In this document: positions 27,584 to 36,791 of the stretch, piece by piece
Numbering within the stretch: position 1 is the stretch's first letter
Layout of the letters: each line of letters opens with the position of its first letter
Virus record (IMG/VR): IMGVR_UViG_3300022074_000050
Span: 1 to 55,048 of that record
Reading direction: 5' to 3' (one strand)
DNA: 55,048 nt
Source: a virus
Lineage: Duplodnaviria; Caudoviricetes
Program-made: the position numbers and the translations under genes
The notes under the pieces: model-generated
Databases searched by the model: none
Seen by the model: only the letters and a program-made list of their open reading frames with translations
What the model was told of the DNA's origin: nothing

Positions 27584-27807
27584 GACTTTGTACCAAACCT
27601 CTCTTTAAACCTGCGAGTATATTTAGACTCTATCGTTTTCCTACGCTTACCTTTTTTCTTATCAGTCGAAAACTTGTAAGCAGAAGGATCGCTCATAGCC
27701 TTCTTTTTATTCCTAGCTATCTCTTTCTTACGCTTCTTCTTTTCTTCAGCAGTAAGACCGGCTAGGTACTTCGCAGGGACTTTAGGTTTTTTCTTCGGCT
27801 TTGCCAT
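27580..27807 (-). CDS. Small Lys-rich protein resembling the N-terminal half of DUF5824
   Basis: VPAKYLAGL...FSTDK...SKYTRRF; ATGA overlap with the next gene. Confidence 0.65.
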   Translation of the reverse strand: MAKPKKKPKVPAKYLAGLTAEEKKKRKKEIARNKKKAMSDPSAYKFSTDKKKGKRRKTIESKYTRRFKERFGTKS

Positions 27808-27809
27808 AG

Positions 27810-28136
27810 CTATAGTGCTACCACGATATTACCGTTCGTAACGACCTGAACTGTACCAACACTCCCTGTTGCGTTCAGTCCAGAGGTACTTGGCGTTGAA
27901 ATGTTCTGCCAAGAATTGCCCAAATATACTTGAAGAACCTCTTCTGTAGTATTCCAAATAATATCGCCTACCGCAAAACTTAGCTCGTCCCTGTTAGAAC
28001 TGGCGTACTGAGGAGTTGCTGTAGGATCGAACGACCCTAAACCAAGTTCCAACACCCTCATAGCTCTATTAAACGATCCGCTATCCACCGGATCTTGATT
28101 AACAACAGGTAATCTTCCGTTAAGGATTCTAGCCAT
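27810..28136 (-). CDS. Putative tail-associated protein
   Basis: 108 aa; GDIIWNTT..LQVY.G..W beta motif; coupled to the upstream tail gene. Confidence 0.7.
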   Translation of the reverse strand: MARILNGRLPVVNQDPVDSGSFNRAMRVLELGLGSFDPTATPQYASSNRDELSFAVGDIIWNTTEEVLQVYLGNSWQNISTPSTSGLNATGSVGTVQVVTNGNIVVAL

Positions 28137-30016
28137 TACCGCCTACCGTTAGGCTGTATTTCTAAACGAGTAGCTCCAATAACAAACCCAACCCCTAATC
28201 TTGTACCTTCGTCCCCGTCATCGTCAGATTCGAAGCGTACTGCCGCCTGTCGGCCCCTAGCGCGGGTATCTATTTTAGTCGTAGTTCCGGTAAAGGAGGA
28301 CGTTATATCCGTCGTAAGGGACTCTCCAGGATAATTACGGGCCTTCAACACGAAGTTAATCGCCTGCGTACTACCGGAGTCACCTGTAAATTTAACATCA
28401 GGAATACATCTACGAATAAATTGGAACTGGTCTCCTTCTCCAATATCGAAATCAGCGCTTTCAATAAAGACGTTATCCATAGGAACACCGTCATCATCGT
28501 TTCCTGATTCATGGGAATATACATAAGAAGTAGAACTATATTTGCCCGTAGCGCGAGGAAACGACTCAATACCTTCATCTAGCCATGCGGTACGTGAAAG
28601 CTGACCAATAGCCCACGATTGTTCGACATAGTTATAAGTAACATAACTATCCGGCTCGGTGCTGGTTCCAGTGCAATAAAACCAACCAATTTCATCAAAT
28701 TGTTTATTTACAAATCCAAACACTTGAAACGCTTGGCTTACGTTTATATTGTCGAATACATGAGAATGCACGCTACACGGTAACGGCTGTACCGCACCGT
28801 TATACGCATAAAAACCTTTTTTATCCATCCAAAAAACGCCACTAGGACTATTTATTGCAGCGTTCGGAGAGATCAAGCTCACTCCTTCGTTAATAAGGGT
28901 AAGGCCAAACGTGTTCGGAGGCCCAATAAACTGCAAGCTGTATAACGCAGCATCTGTCCAAATAAGTGTTTCTTGTCTAGCTCTTAACCCACCAATAATT
29001 TCTGAACCTGCTGAACACCGTAATGACCCTGCAGTATTTGTAGCACGTGGCTCCCAATCTAATGGATTTTCTTGGTCTGAAAATGCAACGAGTAGAGGAT
29101 CTATTTCTTCAGACCGGCTACCGCCTTCTATTGGATCTGCTCCTAAAACGATAACGTGCCTATCAATATCAGAAACTAAAATTTGTAACCCGACAGTAGG
29201 AGCGAAATTTGCTCCTTGTATATCTTTAAGAGCTTTAGCTCTTTGACTAGCAGTAGAAAAATCCCAATAGTAAACGCCGCCTGCTCGTACATTAGCAACT
29301 AAATCCTCGCCAAAATTATCTAGTGACCATAGACGTAACTGGTTATTAGCGGCTAACGAGCTGGTTGAACCCCAAGTACCATCACCCCATGCGCCTACAC
29401 CATAACCAGAACCGGATACGAAAACGTCTAGACCGACGTTAATTTGATATGCTCCTACTGTAGAAGACCCACCGTTACCAGTATCTGAAGCATTCGCTGT
29501 TACTGTGGCTCCGGAAGTATCTTTAGCTTCTATCGTGTATGAATTAGTGTTTACTACCGAAGCAACTTGGTATTCTTGGTTTAGAACAGCTGCTATGATG
29601 TTGCCACCTAACGAAGCTGCTCCGGAAAACGTAACAAAATCGTTTAGATTAACCCCGTTACTTGTATCACTAACCGTGATCGTAGAGGAACCATTAGAAG
29701 CGGAAAACGTGACATCTCCTGCAGCGGTAGTTTCTCGAAGAGGGGTAATATCGTTGTACCCAGCACCCTCCTGCCAATACAACTTAGACGTTGTACCTAT
29801 TGCTAGAATCTTAGTTCCATTTAAAGCTACCCAGCCGTGTAGCTTCCTCCCTGTTCCCGTAAAAGAAGATGCAAGATATTTTACCCAGCCTCCAATCTTT
29901 TCTGGAAGCCCTTGACGAAACCGAACTAAGTTAGCGTCGAACCAGCCACCTTCAGCACTATAGTCGGTGCCTTCTTTGTTGATTCCAGGATTAAAGATAA
30001 ATTTCTGCAAAGGCAT
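28136..30016 (-). CDS. Tail nozzle/stabilisation protein (P22 gp10 or T7 gp12-like role)
   Basis: 626 aa beta-rich; PGINKE.T.Y..EG.W.D...VRF..G.PEKIGGW N-terminus; function inferred from position. Confidence 0.65.
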   Translation of the reverse strand: MPLQKFIFNPGINKEGTDYSAEGGWFDANLVRFRQGLPEKIGGWVKYLASSFTGTGRKLHGWVALNGTKILAIGTTSKLYWQEGAGYNDITPLRETTAAGDVTFSASNGSSTITVSDTSNGVNLNDFVTFSGAASLGGNIIAAVLNQEYQVASVVNTNSYTIEAKDTSGATVTANASDTGNGGSSTVGAYQINVGLDVFVSGSGYGVGAWGDGTWGSTSSLAANNQLRLWSLDNFGEDLVANVRAGGVYYWDFSTASQRAKALKDIQGANFAPTVGLQILVSDIDRHVIVLGADPIEGGSRSEEIDPLLVAFSDQENPLDWEPRATNTAGSLRCSAGSEIIGGLRARQETLIWTDAALYSLQFIGPPNTFGLTLINEGVSLISPNAAINSPSGVFWMDKKGFYAYNGAVQPLPCSVHSHVFDNINVSQAFQVFGFVNKQFDEIGWFYCTGTSTEPDSYVTYNYVEQSWAIGQLSRTAWLDEGIESFPRATGKYSSTSYVYSHESGNDDDGVPMDNVFIESADFDIGEGDQFQFIRRCIPDVKFTGDSGSTQAINFVLKARNYPGESLTTDITSSFTGTTTKIDTRARGRQAAVRFESDDDGDEGTRLGVGFVIGATRLEIQPNGRR

Positions 30017-30435
30017 TATTGATATTCCCCAGATCGAATCATTTCAGTCACTCTAACAGCCCTCATGCCAACTTGCTGCGCCCACTTGCTATCTAAGAAC
30101 TCATCAGCAGCCACATCAAACTGTTCGCGTGACATAGCCTCAAGGGCTTTTACAAATCCCCGCAATCTGGTTAGACCAAGGTTGAAGCACATGTCGATCA
30201 TTGCATCTTGCCGCGCTTCGTTGATGCCGTTGAACCAAAAGTATGTATCTGCAAGCTCGCTTTTTACTCGCGCTATATCATTCGACAACAAGTATTCAAT
30301 CTCATCGTCAGATAGCCCAAGGCCCGACTCTGAGATATTTCTGCCAACGCCTATGGTTTCATAGCCAGCGGAGCACAAATAAACTTTGGATTTGACGCCT
30401 TCATGGCGTTTGATCATTTCAACTAGCTTACTCAT
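30016..30435 (-). CDS. Lysozyme/endolysin (T4-like, GH24)
   Basis: HEG....YLCSAG.ETIGVGRN, MCFNLG, LDSKWAQQVG.RA. Confidence 0.92.
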   Translation of the reverse strand: MSKLVEMIKRHEGVKSKVYLCSAGYETIGVGRNISESGLGLSDDEIEYLLSNDIARVKSELADTYFWFNGINEARQDAMIDMCFNLGLTRLRGFVKALEAMSREQFDVAADEFLDSKWAQQVGMRAVRVTEMIRSGEYQ

Positions 30436-30818
30436 TACTTCTCCCGTGCTACGGAGTTAACCTTCTCGTATGAACGCATAGCGCCCAACCCGAGCATGCC
30501 CATCATAACGGGGACAAGAAGTGTTGTATCTACTTCTGGTACAGCTACCCAGATACTGATTATGTTAGCGATAATCGTATTATAAAGCAGCCCTAGCGCA
30601 CAGATCCAACCGATAGCAGGTCGCCATCCAGCGACAAATAAGGACTTATGGGCCGCTTCCATCTTGTTGATTTCAAGCTGGCCCTTGAGCGCCTCATGCG
30701 AGTGTTTTTCGCTCATGGTCGCTATCTCATGGGCTAAAGCGTTCTTCTGATCTTTGTCTTCTATGAACTTGTCTAGCAGTCCAGTGACAGGCCCAACTAG
30801 CGATGCAACAATACTCAT
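30435..30818 (-). CDS. Holin (GTA 3TM-holin-like)
   Basis: FVAGWRPAIGW, two hydrophobic helices, LGLGAMRSYEK; adjacent to lysozyme. Confidence 0.82.
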   Translation of the reverse strand: MSIVASLVGPVTGLLDKFIEDKDQKNALAHEIATMSEKHSHEALKGQLEINKMEAAHKSLFVAGWRPAIGWICALGLLYNTIIANIISIWVAVPEVDTTLLVPVMMGMLGLGAMRSYEKVNSVAREK

Positions 30819-30821
30819 AAT

Positions 30822-31148
30822 CTATTTCCTATTTGACCATGCCTGTGCGCCAAAAAACGCAGCTAGTATACCTGCAACGGAGACAAAGTAGACTGCTGCC
30901 ATATCGCCCAAGATAGATGCTGCTTGATTCATTCCAAAAAACTCACTAACAACGACAAGTGATGGATAGAGCAGCATCCCCCAGAGGGCAAACCATGACA
31001 TGGCACGTTGAGCATCTGCTCGTTCATGTCGTAAGCGCAGCTCCTGCAACTCTTTACTTGTCTGTAGTTCTTCATCGGTAACGATGCCATCGCCGTCCGC
31101 ATCGTATTCGGCGTATTCACTACCGTCTTCTAATCTTTTTGCTGCCAT
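30822..31148 (-). CDS. Membrane protein with an EF-hand-like loop and two TM helices
   Basis: DADGDGIVTDEE; two hydrophobic C-terminal segments. Confidence 0.78.
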   Translation of the reverse strand: MAAKRLEDGSEYAEYDADGDGIVTDEELQTSKELQELRLRHERADAQRAMSWFALWGMLLYPSLVVVSEFFGMNQAASILGDMAAVYFVSVAGILAAFFGAQAWSNRK

Positions 31149-31149
31149 A

Positions 31150-31365
31150 TCAGTCGTAGAATTGTATGTTTGGTCTAACTTTAACAGGAATACAGTACGC
31201 TGTAATGTTTTGCTGGTTGTTTAACCGCCTGCGCTCTACAGGCTTGACAGTTCCTTGTTCTAGCCAGTATGCAAACTGATTGCACCTATGAATGTTGCGA
31301 AAGTGAAACTGGCCTGCCACTTGCTCGCCCTCTACCAACATGACTAGCAAGAACGCCATTATCAT
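31150..31365 (-). CDS. Hypothetical protein (hydrophobic N-terminus, two Cys)
   Basis: 71 aa, ATGA-coupled. Confidence 0.7.
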   Translation of the reverse strand: MIMAFLLVMLVEGEQVAGQFHFRNIHRCNQFAYWLEQGTVKPVERRRLNNQQNITAYCIPVKVRPNIQFYD

Positions 31366-31826
31366 CCGTACACCCTCAACATAATCACAAAACCCATTGC
31401 GATAATGGCACCACCAATTATCAGCGTTGTGCCCCCCACTAGTATCTGGTTCGTAAGGTGTCGTCGGGCTTTGGCCTTTTGAGCAATCATCTTTAAGTGC
31501 GATTGCCTGTCAAGCTCTTGCTGCTTTTTGGCGGCCTTGAAATCATCGAGGAGCTTCGGGTCGCTGACAAGGAGCAAATCGTGGACGCTCTGCCAATGCC
31601 GGTCATATTGCCTCTTTAGCATCTGGAGCTTCAAGATTTCGTTCTGGGTTAAAGGCTTGAATGTGCTTTGACGCCGCCTAGCCTCAAACTCAGTGATGCC
31701 CTCACCAAAATCCGAGATCATGCCCATAACTTGGTGGACACCCTGACCTGTCTCGTTGACCTGAGAGATCAGGCCGTTTATAGCCGACAGGGTTGCGGAG
31801 GCCGCTGCGATTGATTCAATCACCAT
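31362..31826 (-). CDS. Hypothetical protein with coiled coil and C-terminal TM
   Basis: 154 aa. Confidence 0.75.
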   Translation of the reverse strand: MVIESIAAASATLSAINGLISQVNETGQGVHQVMGMISDFGEGITEFEARRRQSTFKPLTQNEILKLQMLKRQYDRHWQSVHDLLLVSDPKLLDDFKAAKKQQELDRQSHLKMIAQKAKARRHLTNQILVGGTTLIIGGAIIAMGFVIMLRVYG

Positions 31827-31832
31827 AGGGGG

Positions 31833-32021
31833 TCACCCCATGAAAAACTGCGGCAATGCTGCCGCTGCAATCAATGCGTACAGTCCGTAAATAAGATGTT
31901 CTAGGTGCTTAAACTTAGCAGAGCCTTCTGCAAGGCGCTCTTCGATACGCTGGTAGCGCAAGGCACACTCTCGCTCATGGGCGTTAACTTCGTTCAATGC
32001 TTGTTCGCCTTTGTCGCTCAT
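31833..32021 (-). CDS. Small coiled-coil plus TM protein
   Basis: HERECALRY..IE.RL..G..KF followed by a hydrophobic tail. Confidence 0.75.
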   Translation of the reverse strand: MSDKGEQALNEVNAHERECALRYQRIEERLAEGSAKFKHLEHLIYGLYALIAAAALPQFFMG

Positions 32022-32221
32022 ACCGATATATTCACTCGTTGGGTAGGCGCTAATGGTTGCGCTTCTACCTTGTTACCTTCTTTGGTGTACATAGTCGGTA
32101 TGATCGTCTCCACCGCCTCTCGCACAGTCTCGCCTTCAGCGCCTGTCCTTAACCGCTCTTGTTTTTGTACCGCTACCTGCTTCCAACTAACTTGAGCAGT
32201 ATCACTAATGCTTATGTCCAT
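32018..32221 (-). CDS. Hypothetical protein
   Basis: About 67 aa filling the gap and overlapping both neighbours; start uncertain. Confidence 0.6.
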   Translation of the reverse strand: MDISISDTAQVSWKQVAVQKQERLRTGAEGETVREAVETIIPTMYTKEGNKVEAQPLAPTQRVNISV

Positions 32222-32915
32222 CTTGCTCACCCTCGACAGGAAAACAATTTATATTGGCGGCTACTGTTCTTCGCTCGCCTTCCCCCTGAAAAGGGTAAAC
32301 CATATGCTGCATCCAACTCGGAAACATATATAGCCTACCTACCTGCGGCCTAACTACGACATTCTGTGTAGGTTTGAGCCGCTCTCTATCCCATGTGCTC
32401 GATTGTCCATAGTTGAAACACAAACAGCCATCGCTTTCGCCAGAGGCGTTATACAGCCCGTACTCTTGCGACCCCGGTCTTGGCCCTTGCACTATCTGGG
32501 GCGGCACCTTCGTCCATGTCGTACAGCTAATACCCATCACCGTCTTAGTGCCGTGGTCATGGATCGGGTTGTAATCACCCTCGTAGCTATGAACCGACCA
32601 TAGCTCATCCATCTCGACGTTTCTGTTACCGTCCAGCGACTGACCAGATTGGGCCATAAACTGGTTGATATACGTCACGCCCATCTCGCACAAGAACCTA
32701 GAAAACGGTGCCAGCCTTGGATCTTCGTGATCCATTACTAACTGCTCACCCGTCTTGATCTGGCCTACGAGCGTGTGCGCTGCGCTGACCTTATCGTCTT
32801 GTGTAACTAACTCATCGAGGTAGTCGTTACAAGACTCAACAAACTCTGTCGGGATGTCCAACTCCATCAGGAATACTGACGGCAGCGGGTGCATCTGAAA
32901 CTGTATTTCAGCCAT
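32205..32915 (-). CDS. 2OG-Fe(II) oxygenase-like protein (TIGR02466-like)
   Basis: YNPIHDH, FPSWMQHMVYPF, ERRTVAAN. Confidence 0.85.
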   Translation of the reverse strand: MAEIQFQMHPLPSVFLMELDIPTEFVESCNDYLDELVTQDDKVSAAHTLVGQIKTGEQLVMDHEDPRLAPFSRFLCEMGVTYINQFMAQSGQSLDGNRNVEMDELWSVHSYEGDYNPIHDHGTKTVMGISCTTWTKVPPQIVQGPRPGSQEYGLYNASGESDGCLCFNYGQSSTWDRERLKPTQNVVVRPQVGRLYMFPSWMQHMVYPFQGEGERRTVAANINCFPVEGEQDGHKH

Positions 32916-33090
32916 TTACGACTTCTTCAGTCTCTTCCTCGCCTTCTTCGTCTTCTTCTGGCTCAACGAGTTGCGCGTCAGCTTGTACCTTAATCTTCAT
33001 CATCAAAGGCCACGTCCCAGTTTTGCTTGGCATATCGCCCAATATCGCTAGGATCACGTTAATGTCGTTTTCACTCAGTTCAATTTGCAC
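32908..33090 (-). CDS. Small acidic hypothetical protein
   Basis: 60 aa, GTG start after AAGGA. Confidence 0.7.
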   Translation of the reverse strand: MQIELSENDINVILAILGDMPSKTGTWPLMMKIKVQADAQLVEPEEDEEGEEETEEVVNG

Positions 33091-33103
33091 GGTCTATTTT
33101 TCC

Positions 33104-33364
33104 TTATGGTGTATAGGCTTTGGCTGCGGTTACAGCACTGTCGATAGCGGTAAAGTCTTCTGACCCCCAATCGCCTAGTGCTTTGCCGTATTCAAGGTAT
33201 CCAGAGCTACGCAGTACACGCTCCTGCTTTTCAGCATTTGTCATGTCGTTGTAAAACTCGTTGTTTGCATCCAGCACACTAGTGATGACGTTAGCGCCAT
33301 CCAGCATGGCTTGATACATTTGTGCTTTTTCTTCTGCTGTTCGTACTACTGTTTCTTCGCTCAT
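33104..33364 (-). CDS. Tail-fibre-associated small protein, paralogue 2
   Basis: RTAEE...DWGSEDFTAIDSAVTAAKAY. Confidence 0.8.
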   Translation of the reverse strand: MSEETVVRTAEEKAQMYQAMLDGANVITSVLDANNEFYNDMTNAEKQERVLRSSGYLEYGKALGDWGSEDFTAIDSAVTAAKAYTP

Positions 33365-33609
33365 GATGCTGTGTATCCTTTTCCGGCGCTAATAGCTGAG
33401 TCAGTAGCTGTAAAACTTTCGCTACCCCAATCTTCTTTAGCTTTCATAATTTCAAGGTGCGCTACATTTCTGTCAACACAATCCTGCCTGTCTGCGGCTT
33501 CTTCATCTGCCATAGCGTCACCCGCGATTACGTCTGTAATTAGACTAATGCTGTGACCCATTGCGGTGAAGTCTGCTGCACATTCTTCTGCTGTTCTATC
33601 TTCGCTCAT
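33361..33609 (-). CDS. Tail-fibre-associated small protein, paralogue 1
   Basis: RTAEE...DWGSESFTATDSAISAGKGY. Confidence 0.8.
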   Translation of the reverse strand: MSEDRTAEECAADFTAMGHSISLITDVIAGDAMADEEAADRQDCVDRNVAHLEIMKAKEDWGSESFTATDSAISAGKGYTAS

Positions 33610-33615
33610 AGTTAT

Positions 33616-36600
33616 TTATCCTTCTAAGGTTTCAATTCTTGCGGTTAATGATTCAATCAAGGCTTGCTGCTCTTGGATTGCTTTGGTTAAAATCGGTATA
33701 AGCGCAGACGGTGCTACACGTTGCTGACCATCGCTGTCTTTTTCCATCCACATATCAAAGCCATCTTTAATTTCTGGATGAGCGTCAATTGTAGATTTAA
33801 CTTCTTGAGCTATAAAGCCGTGGTTGGTTGTATCGTTTATGACACGTTTTTCAGAGCCTTCAACGTAAGCATCCATTGAAGTTGGAAGGTCTTTTTCCTT
33901 TTTCCACTTATAAGTTACAGGACGTAAATCATTAACAAAGGATAGACCTGCTGTTGATGTAGCAACGTCTTCTTTCATGCGAGAGTCAGATGGAGCAGTC
34001 CAAGTAGTTGCGCCTAAAACAAGATTGCTATCAACTGAACCGTTACCAACAGTAAAGTTTCCATTACCTACGCCTGTAGCACTAGCACCCATTACAATTT
34101 GAATATCTGCGCCAACACCAGAAGGCTCACAACCATGACCAATAATTACGCAATCCGTCGCTGTTGTTAGCGTTTCTCCTGCTTCAAATCCAATTATTGT
34201 ATTTCTTGAACCTGTATTAATTGAATCTCCTGCTAAACCGCCAATCAGTGTATTCTCTACGCCTGTGGTGACTGACTTACCTGCCTCATAGCCAACTGCA
34301 ATATTGTAATTAGTTGTTGCAGTTGTAAAATTTTGAGTAGCTAAAGCTTCTTTACCAATAGCAACGGCATTGCTTCCAAGAGTGTCAGCAGTAAGAGCGC
34401 CTTTGCCAATCGCTATATTTGAATTACCTTCCGTAAGGTGATCGCCCGCAAGAGCGCCGATAAGAACATGCTGAACTCCCGTGGTGATTGCCGCACCTGC
34501 TACATAGCCTACTGCTGTGTTAAAAGAATCTGTAGCAGTAGTAAAGTTTTGAACATTTAACGCACCGTGACCTATAGCTGTTGCTTTACTACCTAAAGTA
34601 TCTGCACTTAAAGCTGCGTAACCCATCGCCACGTTGAAGTCGGCGTCAGTCAAAGCGTCACCTACTAGACCACCTATGAGGACGTTCTGAATTCCCGTGG
34701 TGACTGACGCTCCTGCTTGCATACCAACGGCTACATTGTAAGAAGTAGTCGCAGTTGTGAAGTTTTGATTTTGTAACGCGCTTTTGCCGATAGCGACATT
34801 TTGAGCGCCTTGAGTATCTGTCGTTAATGCCTCAACGCCAATTGCCACGTTATTATAGCCGGTAGTTAGAGCGTCACCAGCAAGTCCCCCGATGAGGGTG
34901 TTCTGGATTCCCGTGGTGACTGCGTTACCTGCGTAGTAACCAACTGCCACATTGTGAGTTTGTGTAGCCGTAGTGAAGTTTTGGGCTGCTAAAGCGGCTC
35001 GACCAACGGCAACAGATCGACTGCCAAGAACGTCTGAGCCTAATGCACTCACACCGACAGCTACATTATCATCAGCTTCAGTGCTTGCATCTAAAGCAAC
35101 CTCGCCGATGGCTACATTATTTGACCCGGTGGTAAGTGCTCCCAAAGAATTTGTACCAACGCCTGTATTAAAAGCGCCTGTCGTAATTGCATCACCTGAA
35201 AGCCCACCGATTAGAGTGTTTGCAGTTCCCGTAGTGACGTTGCCCCCCGCACTATGACCAACAGCAGTATTGTAGACATCAGTAGCTGTGGTGAAGTTTT
35301 GTTGACTAAGCGCAAAACTACCTAACGCAACACTTCTAGTTCCTAAAGTATCGGAGGTTAATGCCGCGTATCCTAAAGCTACACTATAGTCTGAGTCTGT
35401 TAGAGCATCCCCAGCTAGACCCCCAATTAACGTATTTTGGGTTCCCGTGGTGACTGAGCCTCCCGCAAACATTCCAACAGCGGTGTTATAAACCTCAGTG
35501 GCGGTGGTAAAGTTTTGTGCGCTAAGTGCTAGGTAGCCTACAGCCGTACTTCTGCTTCCTAGCGTATCTGAACTTAAAGACCCGTAACCAATAGATGTAT
35601 TAAAATCAGCATCAGTCAAAGCATCACCAGCAAGACCACCGATGAGAGTGTTCTGTGTTCCCGTGGTGATTGCGGTTCCTGCACTTGCGCCTACAGCCAC
35701 GTTGTAAGCATTTGCTCCTGCGTTCAAATTTAATAAGGCGGCATTACCAATAGCAACATTAAGTCCATGTGCGTCTTCTGTCTGTAAAGCCGCATAACCA
35801 ATGGCAACATTACCGTCACCCGTAGTTAAAGCCGTACCCGCTTCATCGCCCACAACCACATTATAGTTGCCGCCAGAGGTAATGCTGTCGCCAGCGTTAA
35901 CTCCTAATCTTACGTTGGATGTCCCTGCTGTCGGAGTGGATGGAGCGCCATCTGCCGCTAATTCAAAAACGACTGTATCGCTCGTTGCAAACTTCATAGG
36001 GATGGCGTCTTGTGTCGCTAAAAAAGCGGCGGCAGTAGTCAAGCCCATTTCAAAGGTATTGTTGCTAGTCGTTTCTTTTATAAGAACTATTGGGTGCGTA
36101 GCATCAAAAACATTTATACCGTTCGCATCTCCAGAAAAGTTACCGTTGTCAAACGTAGAACCGCCAAACATGACATTTCCAGTGCTCCCTTCTAAGAAAA
36201 AAGCGTGAGTGTTTGCGTTTGACTCAATGCGAAAATCAACATCTGCACTTGCTTCGTTAAATACAGCGCCACCGTCTTGAGTCAAAGCACCATCAATGTC
36301 CACGACATCAAGATTAGTGGTGCCATCTACATCCAAGTCGCCTGATACAAAGAACGACGGGACAGATAGATCGGTAAACGCATCAACCATCGCAGCGCCT
36401 GATCCAGCACCGTCGCTATAGATAGCTTTGGTCTGACCGTTGGCGATGGTGACCGTAGCACCACTGCCTTGCTTGATGATGATGCTCTGCGATCCGCTCG
36501 TTGCGTTCTCAATGAACCAGAGCTTGCTGACCGTGTTTGGCCCTATAGTGATGGTGCAAGTGCTATCAAGAGTGCCAGTATATTTGAGGAAGAGACTGCG

Positions 36601-36789
36601 GCCCGGATCAGTAGACCCGTCAGCAATAGTAGTAGTATGAGTATCAGCATTAGTCGTAATAGCTTCCGTCCCAAAGGAAAAAGCCTCCGCAATCAACTCA
36701 AGGTTCGTGTTCGTACTAGTTCCCCAAGTACCTGATTCATCGCCGGTAGATATCTCTTTTAGGCGTAGATCGTTAACGTAAGTTGCCAT
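33616..36789 (-). CDS. Tail fibre with tandem NxAxG beta-repeats and C-terminal S74-type intramolecular chaperone
   Basis: GDESGTWG..TN.NL anchor; six QNFTTAT-containing repeats; SDSRMKED, LRPVTYKW, GFIAQEV, terminal coiled coil. Confidence 0.9.
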   Translation of the reverse strand: MATYVNDLRLKEISTGDESGTWGTSTNTNLELIAEAFSFGTEAITTNADTHTTTIADGSTDPGRSLFLKYTGTLDSTCTITIGPNTVSKLWFIENATSGSQSIIIKQGSGATVTIANGQTKAIYSDGAGSGAAMVDAFTDLSVPSFFVSGDLDVDGTTNLDVVDIDGALTQDGGAVFNEASADVDFRIESNANTHAFFLEGSTGNVMFGGSTFDNGNFSGDANGINVFDATHPIVLIKETTSNNTFEMGLTTAAAFLATQDAIPMKFATSDTVVFELAADGAPSTPTAGTSNVRLGVNAGDSITSGGNYNVVVGDEAGTALTTGDGNVAIGYAALQTEDAHGLNVAIGNAALLNLNAGANAYNVAVGASAGTAITTGTQNTLIGGLAGDALTDADFNTSIGYGSLSSDTLGSRSTAVGYLALSAQNFTTATEVYNTAVGMFAGGSVTTGTQNTLIGGLAGDALTDSDYSVALGYAALTSDTLGTRSVALGSFALSQQNFTTATDVYNTAVGHSAGGNVTTGTANTLIGGLSGDAITTGAFNTGVGTNSLGALTTGSNNVAIGEVALDASTEADDNVAVGVSALGSDVLGSRSVAVGRAALAAQNFTTATQTHNVAVGYYAGNAVTTGIQNTLIGGLAGDALTTGYNNVAIGVEALTTDTQGAQNVAIGKSALQNQNFTTATTSYNVAVGMQAGASVTTGIQNVLIGGLVGDALTDADFNVAMGYAALSADTLGSKATAIGHGALNVQNFTTATDSFNTAVGYVAGAAITTGVQHVLIGALAGDHLTEGNSNIAIGKGALTADTLGSNAVAIGKEALATQNFTTATTNYNIAVGYEAGKSVTTGVENTLIGGLAGDSINTGSRNTIIGFEAGETLTTATDCVIIGHGCEPSGVGADIQIVMGASATGVGNGNFTVGNGSVDSNLVLGATTWTAPSDSRMKEDVATSTAGLSFVNDLRPVTYKWKKEKDLPTSMDAYVEGSEKRVINDTTNHGFIAQEVKSTIDAHPEIKDGFDMWMEKDSDGQQRVAPSALIPILTKAIQEQQALIESLTARIETLEG

Positions 36790-36791
36790 TT

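Noticed and set aside
33616-36789. Diversity-generating retroelement acting on the tail fibre
   Set aside because: No reverse transcriptase gene and no non-coding template copy differing at adenines was seen; repeats are in-frame protein repeats
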